A stretch of 64,000 bases of DNA. It comes from the human T2T-CHM13v2.0 reference genome, Homo sapiens. The notes under the pieces were generated by a model. That model did not search any database and was not told where the DNA came from. It saw only the letters and a list, made by a program, of their open reading frames with translations. Within the stretch, counting starts at the first letter, position 1, and each line of letters opens with the position of its first letter. The DNA is taken from the NCBI RefSeq assembly GCF_009914755.1, contig NC_060941.1; one strand, given 5' to 3'. Shown piece by piece: positions 14,097 to 29,639 of the stretch. The translations under genes were made by a program, and so were the position numbers.

Positions 14097-14308
14097 GGTA
14101 GACATCAAGCCCCAAGTTGATACCTAGGTGTCGGATGGACATCACGCCCCAGATGGACAGCCCAGCCAGAGGTAGACTTCAGGTCCCAAATGGAAATTTG
14201 GCCGTAGGTAGATATCTGGCCACTGGTGGATAGCCAGTCCCAGGTGGACATCAGGCTCCAGGTTGACATCAGTCCCCAATAGGATATCTAGGCCCCAGGT
14301 GGATACCC
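14097..14308 (-). repeat. Same ~18-bp minisatellite in reverse orientation (GGTGGACATCAGGCCCCA, ~12 units)
   Basis: Units such as ggtggacatcaggctcca and ggttgacatcagtcccca are reverse complements of the 11.1-kb unit. Confidence 0.85.
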
Positions 14309-17300
14309 ACTGCGTACTTGTAAATTGTCAAGACTGTTTTTTTTTTTTAAAGCAAGTGAGAGCTATCATAAAACATGATAACTTTTAGTAGATTTTGAAT
14401 ATTCCTAAACTCCATGAGAAATCATAATATTTTAAAAATCAGCGTGTATATGGAATGAGTATTTTTAAATGTATCTTTCATGTTAAAGGATTTAGAATAA
14501 AATGTTACAAAAGTTATCTGTGTTATTCGTAGAAAATGTAGACAATGAAAAAATCAGAGACTAAAAATACCTATATTTTTGGCTATGAGATAATCGCTGC
14601 TATGGCACATTCCTTCTAACCTTATTGCCATAGATTTTTTATACCTAATATTGATTTTATGCCACACATTTCATTACATATGCAATGGAGTATTACTTAT
14701 TCATTACTAAGTCACAAAGAGTTTGATTGTGTGTATATTTAAAAAGGCAAAGGAGATAAATTTACATAATTCAGGTTTTTCCACTTAGCATTTTATCAAT
14801 AAACATGAGTGGTTGAGTGCATATGCATGAGATTTGGTTCTGCATTTATTTCGGATGGTCTCATGTCCTATGTGCTTATCACTAAATATGATGCTATTGT
14901 AAACCATATGCGTTTATTTTTACATATGTCCTTAAAGGAACAAAAACATTTACCTTTGATGTTAAAGCAAATAAACAACAACAATCTGTTCTAATGCCAG
15001 AGGAACAGCAAACTGAGGGTGATTGTAAAATTATATATATGAATACCTCACTTTAGAGGCCACTTAATTTTTTTCCAAGGGGATCTTTGACTATATGTCA
15101 TTTGTATTTTATTTAATGATTTTATAATTTAACCCCTAAATTATAAATCTAGAATTTAGAAGGTATATTTCCTTACTGGATTACATTTTTGGAAATAATA
15201 TTTTATATGTGTACAAATATTACAAGTCATTGTAGACACTGGAAAAGTATATTATTATTTAAAGGCAATAAAGATTCTACAATAAACTGGTATACCAAAT
15301 AAAATTGTTGGTGCATTTTTTCCAGTAGATTTTGTACATATTACATATTTAACCTTTTTTATTCAGCACATAATTTTTGAGTATTTACTAAGTGTCTGCA
15401 TTACGAACTGAGTTTAAGGAGTGAAATAACAGACATGGCCTCAGACATTAAAAATTAAAGTTAGGTCCCCTATTTATATATTTAAAAATGGTAATTATGA
15501 AAACTTGTTGAGATTTTTACCTAGACAACGTTACAATAATACACTTGATGTTGTTAATATTTGCAAGTGAGCAAAAAAGAAAATAAAAAGATGGTTTAAT
15601 TCATTCAATGTACACTTTAAAATTGCAGAAAATAGTCATTTCTTTGCTTTGCAATTGAATGTCTATGTGTTTTTCTCTGCAACTTTCTCTGGAGTGAGAG
15701 AAACAATTATTCATCCAGCCCAATAAAGGCAGAAGAGTAACAATAAATCTAATATTTTAAATGCCAATCAAAAGATAGTAAACATATTATTTCAGAATAC
15801 TGAGGTCAATAAGTTGACCTACAAAAAAAGCCAAAGTGACAGTATAACTGAATAAGGAAAAGCCCAAAAGAGACAAAATACCTTTTGTTTTGTTACCTCG
15901 GTATGACACAACTTACCCTAACTATAAAGATCCTAAATTACCAAGATGGGTGGCTTATAATATGCAGAGTAAACAAAGTCATTTCACTTTTAGCATTTTT
16001 ATTTCTCTAAGAATAAAATGTGTATGAGGAATTTATAAAGAAATTGACACTATATGTTAATACTACAATGAGCACTTTTCGAGAAAAGACTTTTTTACTC
16101 TCTTACCAACATCATGTTAGCAGTATTTATTTTCTCCAGAAATAATGCGGCAATAAAAATATCAGTATGTAGGTAAAATTAGTGTAGTTTCTTAAAGAAA
16201 TGGGTTAGGTCACAGGCTAATTATGTGTATTTCACTGGTTTTTGAATGCCTACAATCATATACTTTACAAGGCACAGAGAAGATTTTCCAAAAAAACAAA
16301 TATGTGAACCTGAAAAGTAATTACCACTTGGTAGTGACAATATGGATAGGGTGAAGGGCGTCATCAGGAAGCAATGAAAAAGACACATTTGCAGTTAAAT
16401 TTGAAAACCATGATGTTTAACACATATGGTAATAAAGAATATTTTCTCCTGTTTCAAAATTATTATAGAATTCAAGATAGAAGCTAAAATACCTAGGGAT
16501 AATGATATGGTTAATCACAAATTAAAAATTAAAGGATATTTTGAGTATTATAAGTTAAGAATGAGAACTTATTACCCAATGAAAAGGGGATAATTCATTA
16601 TGCTCCATATCCATTGAATTAAAAGGCCCCATAACCTGGGTAATTTAAAAGTTTAATTTTATTTAAAAGTTTTGTTTTGTTCATCAAGCTGAAGGGTTTG
16701 CCCCCAGAAATATTCTAGGATTGCATATCCCCAACTCTGTATGAAGTATACAAATAATGTTATAAGGGCCACCATCTAAATTTGTAAATAATTTAGTACC
16801 ATTTCATTTGCCTTTGTAGATTTAAACATGTAAATGGCTTTCTCATATTAGGAAACATCATTTTTCAAAACCCAGATAAACATAATATATTGCAGGAGAA
16901 TAATTATTTATTTATTAAAAAAGAAATGCTGGATGCTAAGTCCAAAAGACATAAATTATTTTACACTAATAGCTACTAACATTTTATTCATTAACATATA
17001 AAGGTCAAAGATTTTAAAATAATCTTTAAATGATTAGCAACACGTTGATCTCTTTTTCTTTTTTTCGTAAACCTTTTTGAGTCTTAAAAATACTAAATTA
17101 TACAAGCAATATTAAATATTAAATTCAATAAACTTGAATTAAAATATTCAAATTTACTAGAATATGCACATTGGAAAAATGAAAATAAACAGAAGCATAA
17201 AGCAGCATGTGTAAAATTAAGAAAGCTACTGAGAGTGTTTAAAGTACATATTCATCTGTAGTCTAACTTCTGCCATAAATAATGAGTCTTCTCAGTAAAA

Positions 17301-17470
17301 CACAAATTGTTCATGAAGGGAAAAAACATGTTGTATTAGGGAATATTCAACATAATTTTTTTAGTACTAACTTGTGCCCCGAATTTTATTTGTTTTTGTA
17401 TTATGAACTTATGCACTTGATAATTTCTTTTTTCATAAAAAATTGTATTTACAACTCTATTCAAAAGCAG

Positions 17471-17770
17471 TTTTTTTTTTTTTTTTTTTGAGACAGAGTT
17501 TTGCTCTTATCACCTAGGATGGAGTGCAATGGTGCCATCTTGGCTCACAGCAACCTTTGCCTCCCTGATTCAGGCGATTCTCTTGCTTCAGCCTCCTGAG
17601 TAGCTAGGACTACAAGCATGCACCAACATGCCTGGCTAATTTTGTGTTTTTAGTAGAAATGGGGTTTCGCCATGTTGGCCAAGCTAGTCTCGAACTCCTG
17701 ACCTCAGGTAATCCGCCCACCTTGGCCTCCCAAAGTGCTGGGATTACAGGCAAGAGCCACCATGCCCGGA
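17471..17770 (-). mobile_element. AluS (Sq/Sp-like)
   Basis: Full dimer with poly-T; TSD tcaaaagcagtttt. Confidence 0.95.
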
Positions 17771-17992
17771 CTCAAAAGCAGTTTTTAAAAGCAAACAATA
17801 TAACACCAAAGTTGACAAATCTATGCTCACCGAGTTTTGCCAGGTTTAAAAAATTATTTACAGAATATGGCATCAAAAATAAGGCAATAACCCAAAATAT
17901 ACCATTAAAGATGTATCCACTCCTACAACTAGAAAGAACTAATCTATCTGGTAGCAAATGATACTTCATTCAGTTTCAGCATGTCTGAAATC

Positions 17993-18286
17993 TTTTTTTT
18001 TTTTTTGAGACGGAGTCTGGCTCTGTCACCCAGGCTGGAGTGCAGTGGCGCGATCTCAGCTCACTGCAAGTTCTGCCTCCTGGGTTCAGCCATTCTCCTA
18101 CCTCAGCCTCCCAAGCAGCTGGATTACAGGCGCCCGCCCCAACGCCTGGCTACTTTTTTTGTATTTTTAGTAGAGACGGGGTTTCACCGTGTTAGCTAGG
18201 ATGGTCTCCATCTCCTGACCTCGTGATCTGCCCACCTCGGCCTCCCAAAGTGCTGGAATTACAGGCATGAGCCACCAAGCTCGGCC
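17993..18286 (-). mobile_element. AluY/Sc
   Basis: Full dimer; TSD tcagcatgtctgaaatc. Confidence 0.95.
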
Positions 18287-18425
18287 TCAGCATGTCTGAA
18301 ATCTTTAAGGACAAAAGTGCTAAAACATTACCTTCATTCTTCATTAGACTCTTAGAACACTTGAAGGAAAATAATTTCCAAAGCACAAATTGGTAAAGAG
18401 GTGTAATCTTTCAAAAAGATATTCA

Positions 18426-18767
<342 letters not shown>

Positions 18768-19284
18768 CTAATATACTGAATGAAAGAAAGAATAATTTGA
18801 AGAGGTATCTTGATGAAAAAGGAGTCATGAGGAAAGTTGTATTCATGTCTCTGAATGAAGGAAATTGCAATGTGAGAAATAGTACTATGACTACTATACT
18901 AAAAGCTTATTGCTAACCTGTATTGAGTTATTAACATGTGTTAGGCAGAGTACCATATAATTTAAACGTGTTATCTCATTTATTGTAGTTAGTAAAACAT
19001 AATTTTGAACTCTGGGATTATAAATGAATTAACTGGAATAAACTTCTATTTAAGTGGTCATCTGTAAATTGCTATCTAGGAACAGGGTGATATAGTGCCC
19101 AAGTTTTCTAAGTATTCTTACTAACTGTTGTTTTTCTCGGATATTGCTCTTTTTTGGTCATTTTGATTTTTTTTTATTTTAGAAAACTAATAAATTCACT
19201 CTTCTTGGTACTGACCCTTGGGTTTCATAGAAGAAAAAGTAGTTAAATTCTGTACCTTTACTTTTATTTCATTTTTTCTCTTTT

Positions 19285-19665
19285 AAAATTATTTTTAATT
19301 GGCATGTAATAATTGTATAGGTTTATGGGTTACAGAGTGATATTTTGATATATTTATGCAATGTGTAATGATCAAGTCAGAGTCATTAGCATATCCATTA
19401 CCAAAATCATTTATTATTTCTTTGCAGAATATTAAAAATCTTTTCTTCTAGTTATTTGAAAACACACAATAAATTCCCTTTAACTACAGTCACCCTGCAG
19501 TGCTGTAGAGAACTATAACTTACTCCTTCTCTCCAGCTGTAATTTTATATGTGTTAACCAAATTTTTCTTATACTCCCCTTTCTCTTTCCCGTATATGGT
19601 AACCAATACTCTACTATCTAAGCTTCCATACGTAAGTGAGAACATGTAGTTATGTGGTGTTTCTT
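19285..19665 (-). mobile_element. L1MA 3' end
   Basis: 'taattgtataggtttatgggttacagagtgatattttgatata...gtaatgatcaagtcagagtcattagcatatccat'. Confidence 0.8.
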
Positions 19666-19673
19666 TCTCTCTC

Positions 19674-19900
19674 TTTTTTTTTTTTTTTTGGAGACGGAGT
19701 CTCGCTCTTTCGCCCAGGCCGGACTGCAGTGGCGCTATCTTGGCTCACTGCAAGCTCCACCTCCCAGGTTCACATCATTCTCCTACCTGAGCCTCCCAAG
19801 TAGCTGGGACTACAGGTGCCCGCCACCTCGCCCGGCTAATTTTTTTTGTATTTTTAGTAGAGACGGGGTTTCACCGTATTAGCCAGGATGGTCTCGATCC
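19674..19900 (-). mobile_element. AluY (Ye/Yk-like diagnostics), lacking its 5' ~60 bp
   Basis: 'ctttcgcccaggccggactgcagtggcgctatc'; stops abruptly at ggtctcgatcc. Confidence 0.9.
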
Positions 19901-20409
19901 TTAAAATATTCTGCATTTGTCATTTGCTCAAGTCTGAATGATTTGGTTAGAAAAAAAACTTCTAAATTTTATTTATAGAAGATCATGATCTGAATTTCAT
20001 ATTCCCAGAGTTAATAAACAAATATAGTTGATAATTTTTCACAGCTGAAAGATAGCCATTATGATATATAAAATAGAAAAAAGTGAAGATTTATGTGGTT
20101 TAGCTGAGTCAATGAGTCAAAAATGTGGAATGCTGAAAAAAAATGAAATATTTTATCCCATTCATAGAAGCACTTCTTCAAATTATAATTTTCAGAGATG
20201 ATCATAGTACACTCAAAATTAATTTTTAAATTTTGGTAACTGCTTGAATAAGGATGATTGAGAAACTGCAGTGTATTAAGAATGTAATAGGGAACTAGGA
20301 ACATCAGCCCTGACTCATATTTCACCCGTAACTACTGAAAATAATAAAGAGAGGTTGGAGTGACATGATTCATATAGTTGAATGACTATCATGCTGAAAA
20401 TTTCATTTT

Positions 20410-21560
20410 ATTTTAATTTCTTAATTGAAGGATAAAATTTTATGTATTTATTTTGTACAACATGATATTTTGAGGTGTATTTACATCGTGAGGTGACTGA
20501 ATCTAGCTTATTAGCATACATATTACCTTATATTGTTATGAATTTTGTGGTAATTAACATCCAAAATATATCAGAAATTCAAACAACTCAATAGCAAGAA
20601 AGCAAATGAACTGATTAAAATATAAGCAAAAGATCTGAGCAGACATTTCTCAAAAGAAGTCATACAAATGGCCAAGTAGGCTTATGCAAAAAATGTTCAA
20701 CATCACTAATTATTATGGAAATGCAAACTAAAGCTCCACTCTGCTGTCATCTCACACCTATTATAATGGTTATTATCAAAAATACAAGAATTAAACGTGT
20801 TGATCAGGGTATGGAGATAAGGGAACCCTTGAACACTCTTGGTGGGAATATATTCAGTTCATGTAAAAGTAATTGCAGTTTTGCCATTACAATCAATGGC
20901 AAAAACTTCAATTACTTTTGCACTAACCTAATAAATTAGTACAGCCGCTATGTATTAAATATTAAGTATTAGGCCGCTAAGTATTATGGTTCTCCAGAAA
21001 TTTTAAAATTGAACTACTATATGATCCAGTGATCCCACTGCTGGGTATCTACCTATCCAAAGGATATAAAATCAGTATATGGAACAGATATCTGCACTCC
21101 CATGTTTATTGCAGTATTATTCACAGTAGTCATGGTATGGAATCAACTTGTGTCCATCGACGGGGGAATGGGTAGAGAAAATGTGGCATATACATACAAT
21201 GAAATACATTCAGCCACAGAAAAGAAGGAAATCCTGTCGTTTGTGAAAACATGGATGAACCTGGATAACATTATGAGCTAGGCCAGAAAGACAATTATCA
21301 CATAGTCTCATTCATATGTGGAATCTAAAAAAGTTAATAAGTAGAGTAAAATGTTTTTTTTTGCCAGCAGCTAACGTGGTTGGGAATGGAGTTTGGTAGA
21401 TGTTGGTCAAAGGATACACAACTACAGTCAGAGAGAAGGAGTAAAAGTTCAAGAGATCTATTGTGCAACGTGCTATTGTTAGCAACTTAATGTATTTTTG
21501 AGAAATTCTGAGAGTGGGTTAGTGTTCTAAACCAAAATAATAACTATGGGAGATGATGCT
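20410..21560 (+). mobile_element. L1MA 3' region (short reverse-oriented piece at 20410-20550)
   Basis: 'agacatttctcaaaagaag...catcactaat...atctgcactcccatgtttattgcag...ttggtcaaaggatac'. Confidence 0.85.
20853..20931. mobile_element. MADE1 mariner MITE inserted in L1MA
   Basis: 'aaaagtaattgcagttttgccatt...aatggcaaaaacttcaattacttttgcactaacctaa', TA flanks. Confidence 0.85.
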
Positions 21561-21945
21561 GGAAACTAATGGAAACATTTCTTTTTGTATGAAGACAGGA
21601 CTGTGAACAAGGGTGATTGTAGCATTGTTGGTTGAAATGCAGATGAAGGCCATTGGCTTCTTTCAATGTTCTTTAAGAGCTTTGGAATGTAAGGAACCAA
21701 TGTGGCATGGAGAAAAAAATGTTACACATGGTGTCAGAAAACTGAGATGATAAACTTAATAAATGCTTGAATTTCGGAAGATAATTTACATGTCTCAGGA
21801 TCAGTTACTTCATACCAAGGTTTATACGTGGGTTATTAGGAAGTCTGATTTAAATAATGTAAGTGAAATGTCTGAAACATAAGTTATTCTCAGTAATCTT
21901 ATAGTTATTTAATACAACATTTTAATGGGCATATGATATTGATGA

Positions 21946-22295
<350 letters not shown>

Positions 22296-23537
22296 TAATA
22301 AAACTTATTTAATCTACATTTTCTTATATTACAAAAATATGGTTGTAATATGAATTCAGATGGTTTACATGTTAAAATTACTAACCTCTGTGGCTGAAAA
22401 AGTTACCTATAAATGTTCATTGCCTTTAATTGATATTCATTCATATATGAAAATATATCACACTAATCAAATTGCAGATGCAGTAAAAAAAAGCAAAACT
22501 GTGCTATGAGTTTTGAACACCAATTTAATTTGACAGAACTTAAGTGACCAGAAAGAAAATAGAATTATTTGCAACTGCAGAAATTGCTGCTGGGTTAAAA
22601 TTGACATTGAAAAAGCCTACCTTTTGACGCCCCCCTCCCCCACATTGGCAACTGTTGGAATCAGTTGTCATGCTCCCAAGGCAAATTATTGTCCATAATA
22701 TCACAAAAAGTAATGAGAGCAAAAGAATTTCTGTAAGAACATGAGGCTTTCCTAAGCACTAAACTAACAAAGCTTGAACTTAGCCAAGAAATGGGAAGTT
22801 GCAGACACTGCACATTAGCAAAATGTCTTGGCAGAAGATGGACATGCAGAAGTGCAATCACTATCTTATTTATTTTCCACTCTAGGGGACACTAATATGA
22901 AAGTGACTAATATTGGATAATCATTCCCAGAACCAATTAAACATAGCATGCCATTTCTTGTGGAGAATATTTCATGCTCAGGGAAATTAAACCATTTTAT
23001 TATGATTAAGTTTCCTTAGTCAAACATGCTTTAAACTTACATTCTCACACTGTTAACTAGGTGGGTATGAATTTACTTTCCTATGGTGTACAGGTGATTT
23101 CTGGAGAAAAATAGCCGAAGTGCTCATGTGGAATGGAACTAGAGTGTGGTTCTTTTTGTATTCTACTTTGCATTAACTGAAATATTTAGTGTATTGATCC
23201 CACTTCCCAAATGAATGAAATGGAGTTCAGAAAGCTTACGTGATTTGCAAATTGAGGCAGAGCTGATAAGACACAGTGTTGTTTTGGCAGTGCAAGTTTC
23301 TGACTTCAAATCCGTTTAGACCACACAGTTTTATCTATACAGCATAATTATGACAAGATGTAAAAAATCAAATTCTAAAACAGTAGACTATATTTTGATG
23401 ATGCTTTACTATATGATCAAGAACAATGAGTAAGGATACATTTAAATGACTTTAGTGTTTCATCAGTTTAATTTTTATGACTGCATTGTGAATTATAGGC
23501 ATTTAAAACTTATTTTAATTGTATTTTCCAAATGTGA

Positions 23538-25452
<1,915 letters not shown>

Positions 25453-26067
25453 GGGCGCCTCTGCCTGGCCGCCCCTACTGGGAAGTGAGGAGCCCCTCTG
25501 CCAGGCCACCACCCTGTCTGGGAGGTGTACCCAACAGCTCATTGAGAATGGGCCGTGATGACAATGGCAGTTTTGTGGAATAGAAAGGGGGGAAAGGTGG
25601 GGAAAAGATTGAGAAATCGGATGGTTGCCGTGTCTGTGTAGAAAGAAGTATACATGGGAGACTTTTCATTTTGTTCTGTACTAAGAAAAATTCTTCTGCC
25701 TTGGGATCCTGTTGATCTGTGACCTTACCCCCAACCCTGTGCTCTCTGAAACATGTGCTGTGTCCACTCAGGGTTAAACAGATTAAGGGCGGTGCAAGAT
25801 GCGCTTTGTTAAACAGATGCTTGAAGGCAGCATGCTCGTTAAGAGTCATCACCACTCCCTAATCTCAAGTACCCAGGGACACAAACACTGAGGAAGGCCG
25901 CAGGGTCCTCTGCCTAGGAAAACCAGAGACCTTTGTTCACTTGTTTATCTGCCGACCTTCCCTCCACTATTGTCCTATGACCCTGCCAAATCCCCCTCTG
26001 CGAGAAACACCCAAGAATGATCAATAAAATAAATAAAAATAAAAAAATAAAAAAAAATAAAAAAATA
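25453..26067 (+). mobile_element. 5'-truncated SVA (end of VNTR, SINE-R, poly-A)
   Basis: 'gcccctactgggaagtgaggagcccctctgcc...ggaggtgtacccaacagctcattgagaa...gagaaacacccaagaatgatcaataaa'. Confidence 0.97.
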
Positions 26068-26916
26068 AACATCATATTGTACACAATATGTGCAACGGTA
26101 TCTACAAATTAAAAATGAAAATAATAATAATAAATTATGTCAGGCAAATATTCACTGATATTGGAAATAATATTTATGCATCTCATTGACTCAATTTATA
26201 CTAAAAGGCAAATAGCCGTCTTCCTTAATAATAGTTGTAGTATTTTCATAGCCATCTGTTTATCTCTGCAGTTTACTGTGGAGCAAATTTTCATACTTCT
26301 CTTCAACACTCAGAGGAATACTTCAAAGAAAAATTGAGACATGAAAGTTGGTTGAAGGTTTTATGGGGTAAACTGGGTTATTTGTGGATAGACGTCATAG
26401 CACACAACCGTGTAGCAACTTATACTGAAGTACCATTCAGATATCTCCTCCTCACAAAACGTCTTCTGCTCCCTCGATCCCTTTCTTTAGGCATCTCCTG
26501 GTCTCTCATGGGAAGAATATATAATAATAGTCAAGAGGGCTTGGGAGGAAAACAGACTAGTGTTGGCTAATCCATTACATACTCTGGGGAAATTGTTTGA
26601 ACCATATTCACACCCTGTTAATAAAACCTATCCCATATGGTTAAAATGCGCATCCAATAACATGTCTTTAATGTGTTTAGCACAACATCCAGCTAACTGT
26701 ACCAATTGTGATAATGGTAACAAAGAAGTGGTCTGAAGCAAACAGAGAGGGAAAGCCCTTATTCCACTTCCATAATCTCCATCATTCTTGCCCCAAAGAG
26801 TATGTAACATACAATATAATTAAAAAGGAGTATAGGACATTTAAGATTTCCAGGCTTATCTTCTGAACAACTTGCCATTAAATTCTTCTGCTGCAGATAT
26901 TATAGACACTTTATAA

Positions 26917-27300
<384 letters not shown>

Positions 27301-27329
27301 CTCGGTAACATTTTGACTTGATCTGTCAA

Positions 27330-29445
27330 GGCGCTTTCGTCAGTGCTTCTGGGCCGCGGCCGCCACCTACAGCCTCCACAGTGCCCGGCGTCCCGGAGCT
27401 GGCTCCACTCCAGTTCCTGAGCACCAAGGCTGCAGAAGCTGAGGCCCCTGACGGAGGCGCCAAGGCCCTGGGGGTGGTTGCTTGAGTCCCGAGCCTGTCT
27501 CCTGAAAGGCCAAGGGTGGCCTGCACCTCGCTGACAGCTGTTCCCTGCACTGTTCAGCCCCTCCTGGGAAGCCAGTGACAGCCCCTGCAGCATGCACTCA
27601 GCTGCTCCTGCCCCGCAGGTGGGGCTCATTTGCCTCCAGCCCCACTCCAGCCCCTGAGACTAGAAGGAACCGGACGAGGAGGTGTGCAACCTGACCAAGG
27701 TGGTCCTAGCGGGGAGCTTCGCTCCAGCGCTCTTCCGGGGAGGCTGGCTCACTTCTGGGACAGTGGCCAACCCAGGCCTGCGACCACCTGCTGAGCCGGT
27801 GACCGACGCCGCCTGACCCTCCCTCGCCCGCCAGGGTCCAACGCCCGCTGGACGAATCCCTGCTACACAGCGGGCTCTGGTACCTGCCGTGCCTCATTTA
27901 ACGGGGCGCCAGGGCCAGGCGCCTCTGGCTGCGCTTTCAGCCCCAAGACTTCTAAGGCTTGGACCCCGCTGTGCGAGCTGTTCAGTGAGATCTGCTGCTG
28001 GAGGGCTGGGCTGCATCTAGGAGGGGTTGATGGTGTCTCATCCCTGCAGTCCTATGGAAAGAGGCTGTCTCAGAGAGGGGAGATGGGCAAGCCAGCTGTG
28101 GATACTCGGCTGGATGGCCTGGACGCAGCCCTCAACAGCTTGGAGGAGAAGCTGGAGGGCTAGGTACCCACAGAAGGGCTGGAAGCCTGGCCACTGTCAC
28201 ATAAGTCAAGGAGTGTCCCCAAATCTCCCAGCCCCAGAAGCTGACCCTGAAGGGCTAAGGCCAGCACTGGGAGCTGTTCAAGGAACCCATGCAATCCTGC
28301 CATGAGAGCCAGGCCACGCTCCAGTGCACACCTGCCCCACACCCTAGGCAGCTCAACCTCAAGGGCTGTGACGGCATTTCTGGTGTTAGTGTCTCTGGCT
28401 GTGAGTTCTGCATCCAACTCACCGGAGGCAAGCGACCCCCACCTGCGGGGCAGAAGCAGCCGGGTGCATGCTGCAGGGGCTGCCGCTGGCTTCCCAGGAG
28501 GGGCTGCACCGTGCAGGGAACAGCCGCCAGCGAGGTGCAGGCCTTCCAGCAGACAGGCACCGGGTTCGGCAACCACCCCCAGGGCAGTGGCGCCGTTGTC
28601 AGGGGCCTCAGCCTCTGTGGTCTTGGTACTCCCTCCACACCCCCAACCCTGCACTTCCACAAAAGTTCAAGGCCAAGCAGCTCATCCCACGGATCCTGGA
28701 AGCCCTCAGAATGTGGCCTGGCTCTTACCGACCAGGCCCATCTGTGCCTCCATCAGGCCTGGCAATCCTTGCCTGACTTTGGCATCTACTACCTCATGGT
28801 CAGGCTCAAGAGCAGAAAAGATCCTGGGACTCGTCAACAATCAACAGTTCACATCGACTTGACAGTTGGTGATGTGGTGACCTGGGTTTCAGCGATATGT
28901 GGTACTGGGATGTCAACTGGGATACCAGCAGGCGGTTATCCACATGGCCTTCAGCTGCGTGTTTCCCATCTGTCCAGTTATGCACAACCACTTGAGGGGC
29001 TACATTTTCCTGTTGATCCAGAGTGGGACCCTGGGGAGGAGCTGGATGAGGGGATCTCTTCCTGCAGCTCAGGGATGGCGGCCTTCTAAGGGCTGTCTGA
29101 CTGCCCCTGTCCTGCTCATCCTCTGCGGCTAGGCTCCCAAGCCCATACCCACTGGGTCTGGCTGCCCCACACCTGCTCCAGGCAGTCACTGAGCTGGGCA
29201 TGTTCACCTGGTGCCACTGGCTTTGTGCAGGCCAGGGACCTGGCTGAGCCAGACTCTGCCATCATCCAGGCTAGCTAGGGACAGGGGTCCTGAGCTCACA
29301 GAGTGCCCGCTTCCCTTGTCAAAGAGGCTGAGGCCAACACCCCTGACCTCTCTGTAGTCCCTGAGCACACAAAGAAGTCCAACTCTAACTATGGGATGAT
29401 GAGTCCTGGTTTCAAACTGAAGTTTATGTCTTCTTACTTTTAAAA
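27330..29445 (+). pseudogene. Processed pseudogene of FERMT3 (kindlin-3), 5'-truncated, many frameshifts and stops
   Basis: Collinear intronless fragments match recalled kindlin-3: KEPDEEVCNLTKVVLAGSFAPALFRG (~27663), QKLTLKG, QLNLKGC, GNHPQG, KFKAKQLIPRILEA, QAWQSLPDFGIYYLMVR, IDLTVGDVV, GYIFL, GEELDE...AF-stop (29089). GC-rich 3' UTR-like sequence follows to ~29445. Confidence 0.9.
27422..27641 (-). repeat. Inverted duplicate of 28422-28631 inserted within the pseudogene
   Basis: Reverse complement aligns by eye with 28422-28631. Compare ORFs MLQGLSLASQEGLNSAGNSCQRGAG and MLQGLPLASQEGLHRAGNSRQRGAG. Confidence 0.9.
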
Positions 29446-29639
29446 ACTAGAAATCACTGTAATTCCCCAAGAAGATAAGGTGTCATGAATGTATTTTTTA
29501 ACTGTCGTAGACTTATTGAAGTGAGTTTTGCAGTTCTAGTAATCCACAGGACACATTTAAAAAATTGAATAATCTACCTTTGTTTCAGTGTCGGTTACTG
29601 ATCTTGGTACGGCATTGGAAAGTAAACATGATGTAAAAA

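Noticed and set aside
22540-22870. Possible conserved non-coding enhancer with an RFX-like motif (ttggcaac...gttgtcatg)
   Set aside because: Impression only; unsupported without a conservation track.
28289-29089. 266-aa ORF as a functional kindlin retrogene
   Set aside because: It drifts in and out of the FERMT3 frame, so the PH and F3 domains are broken.
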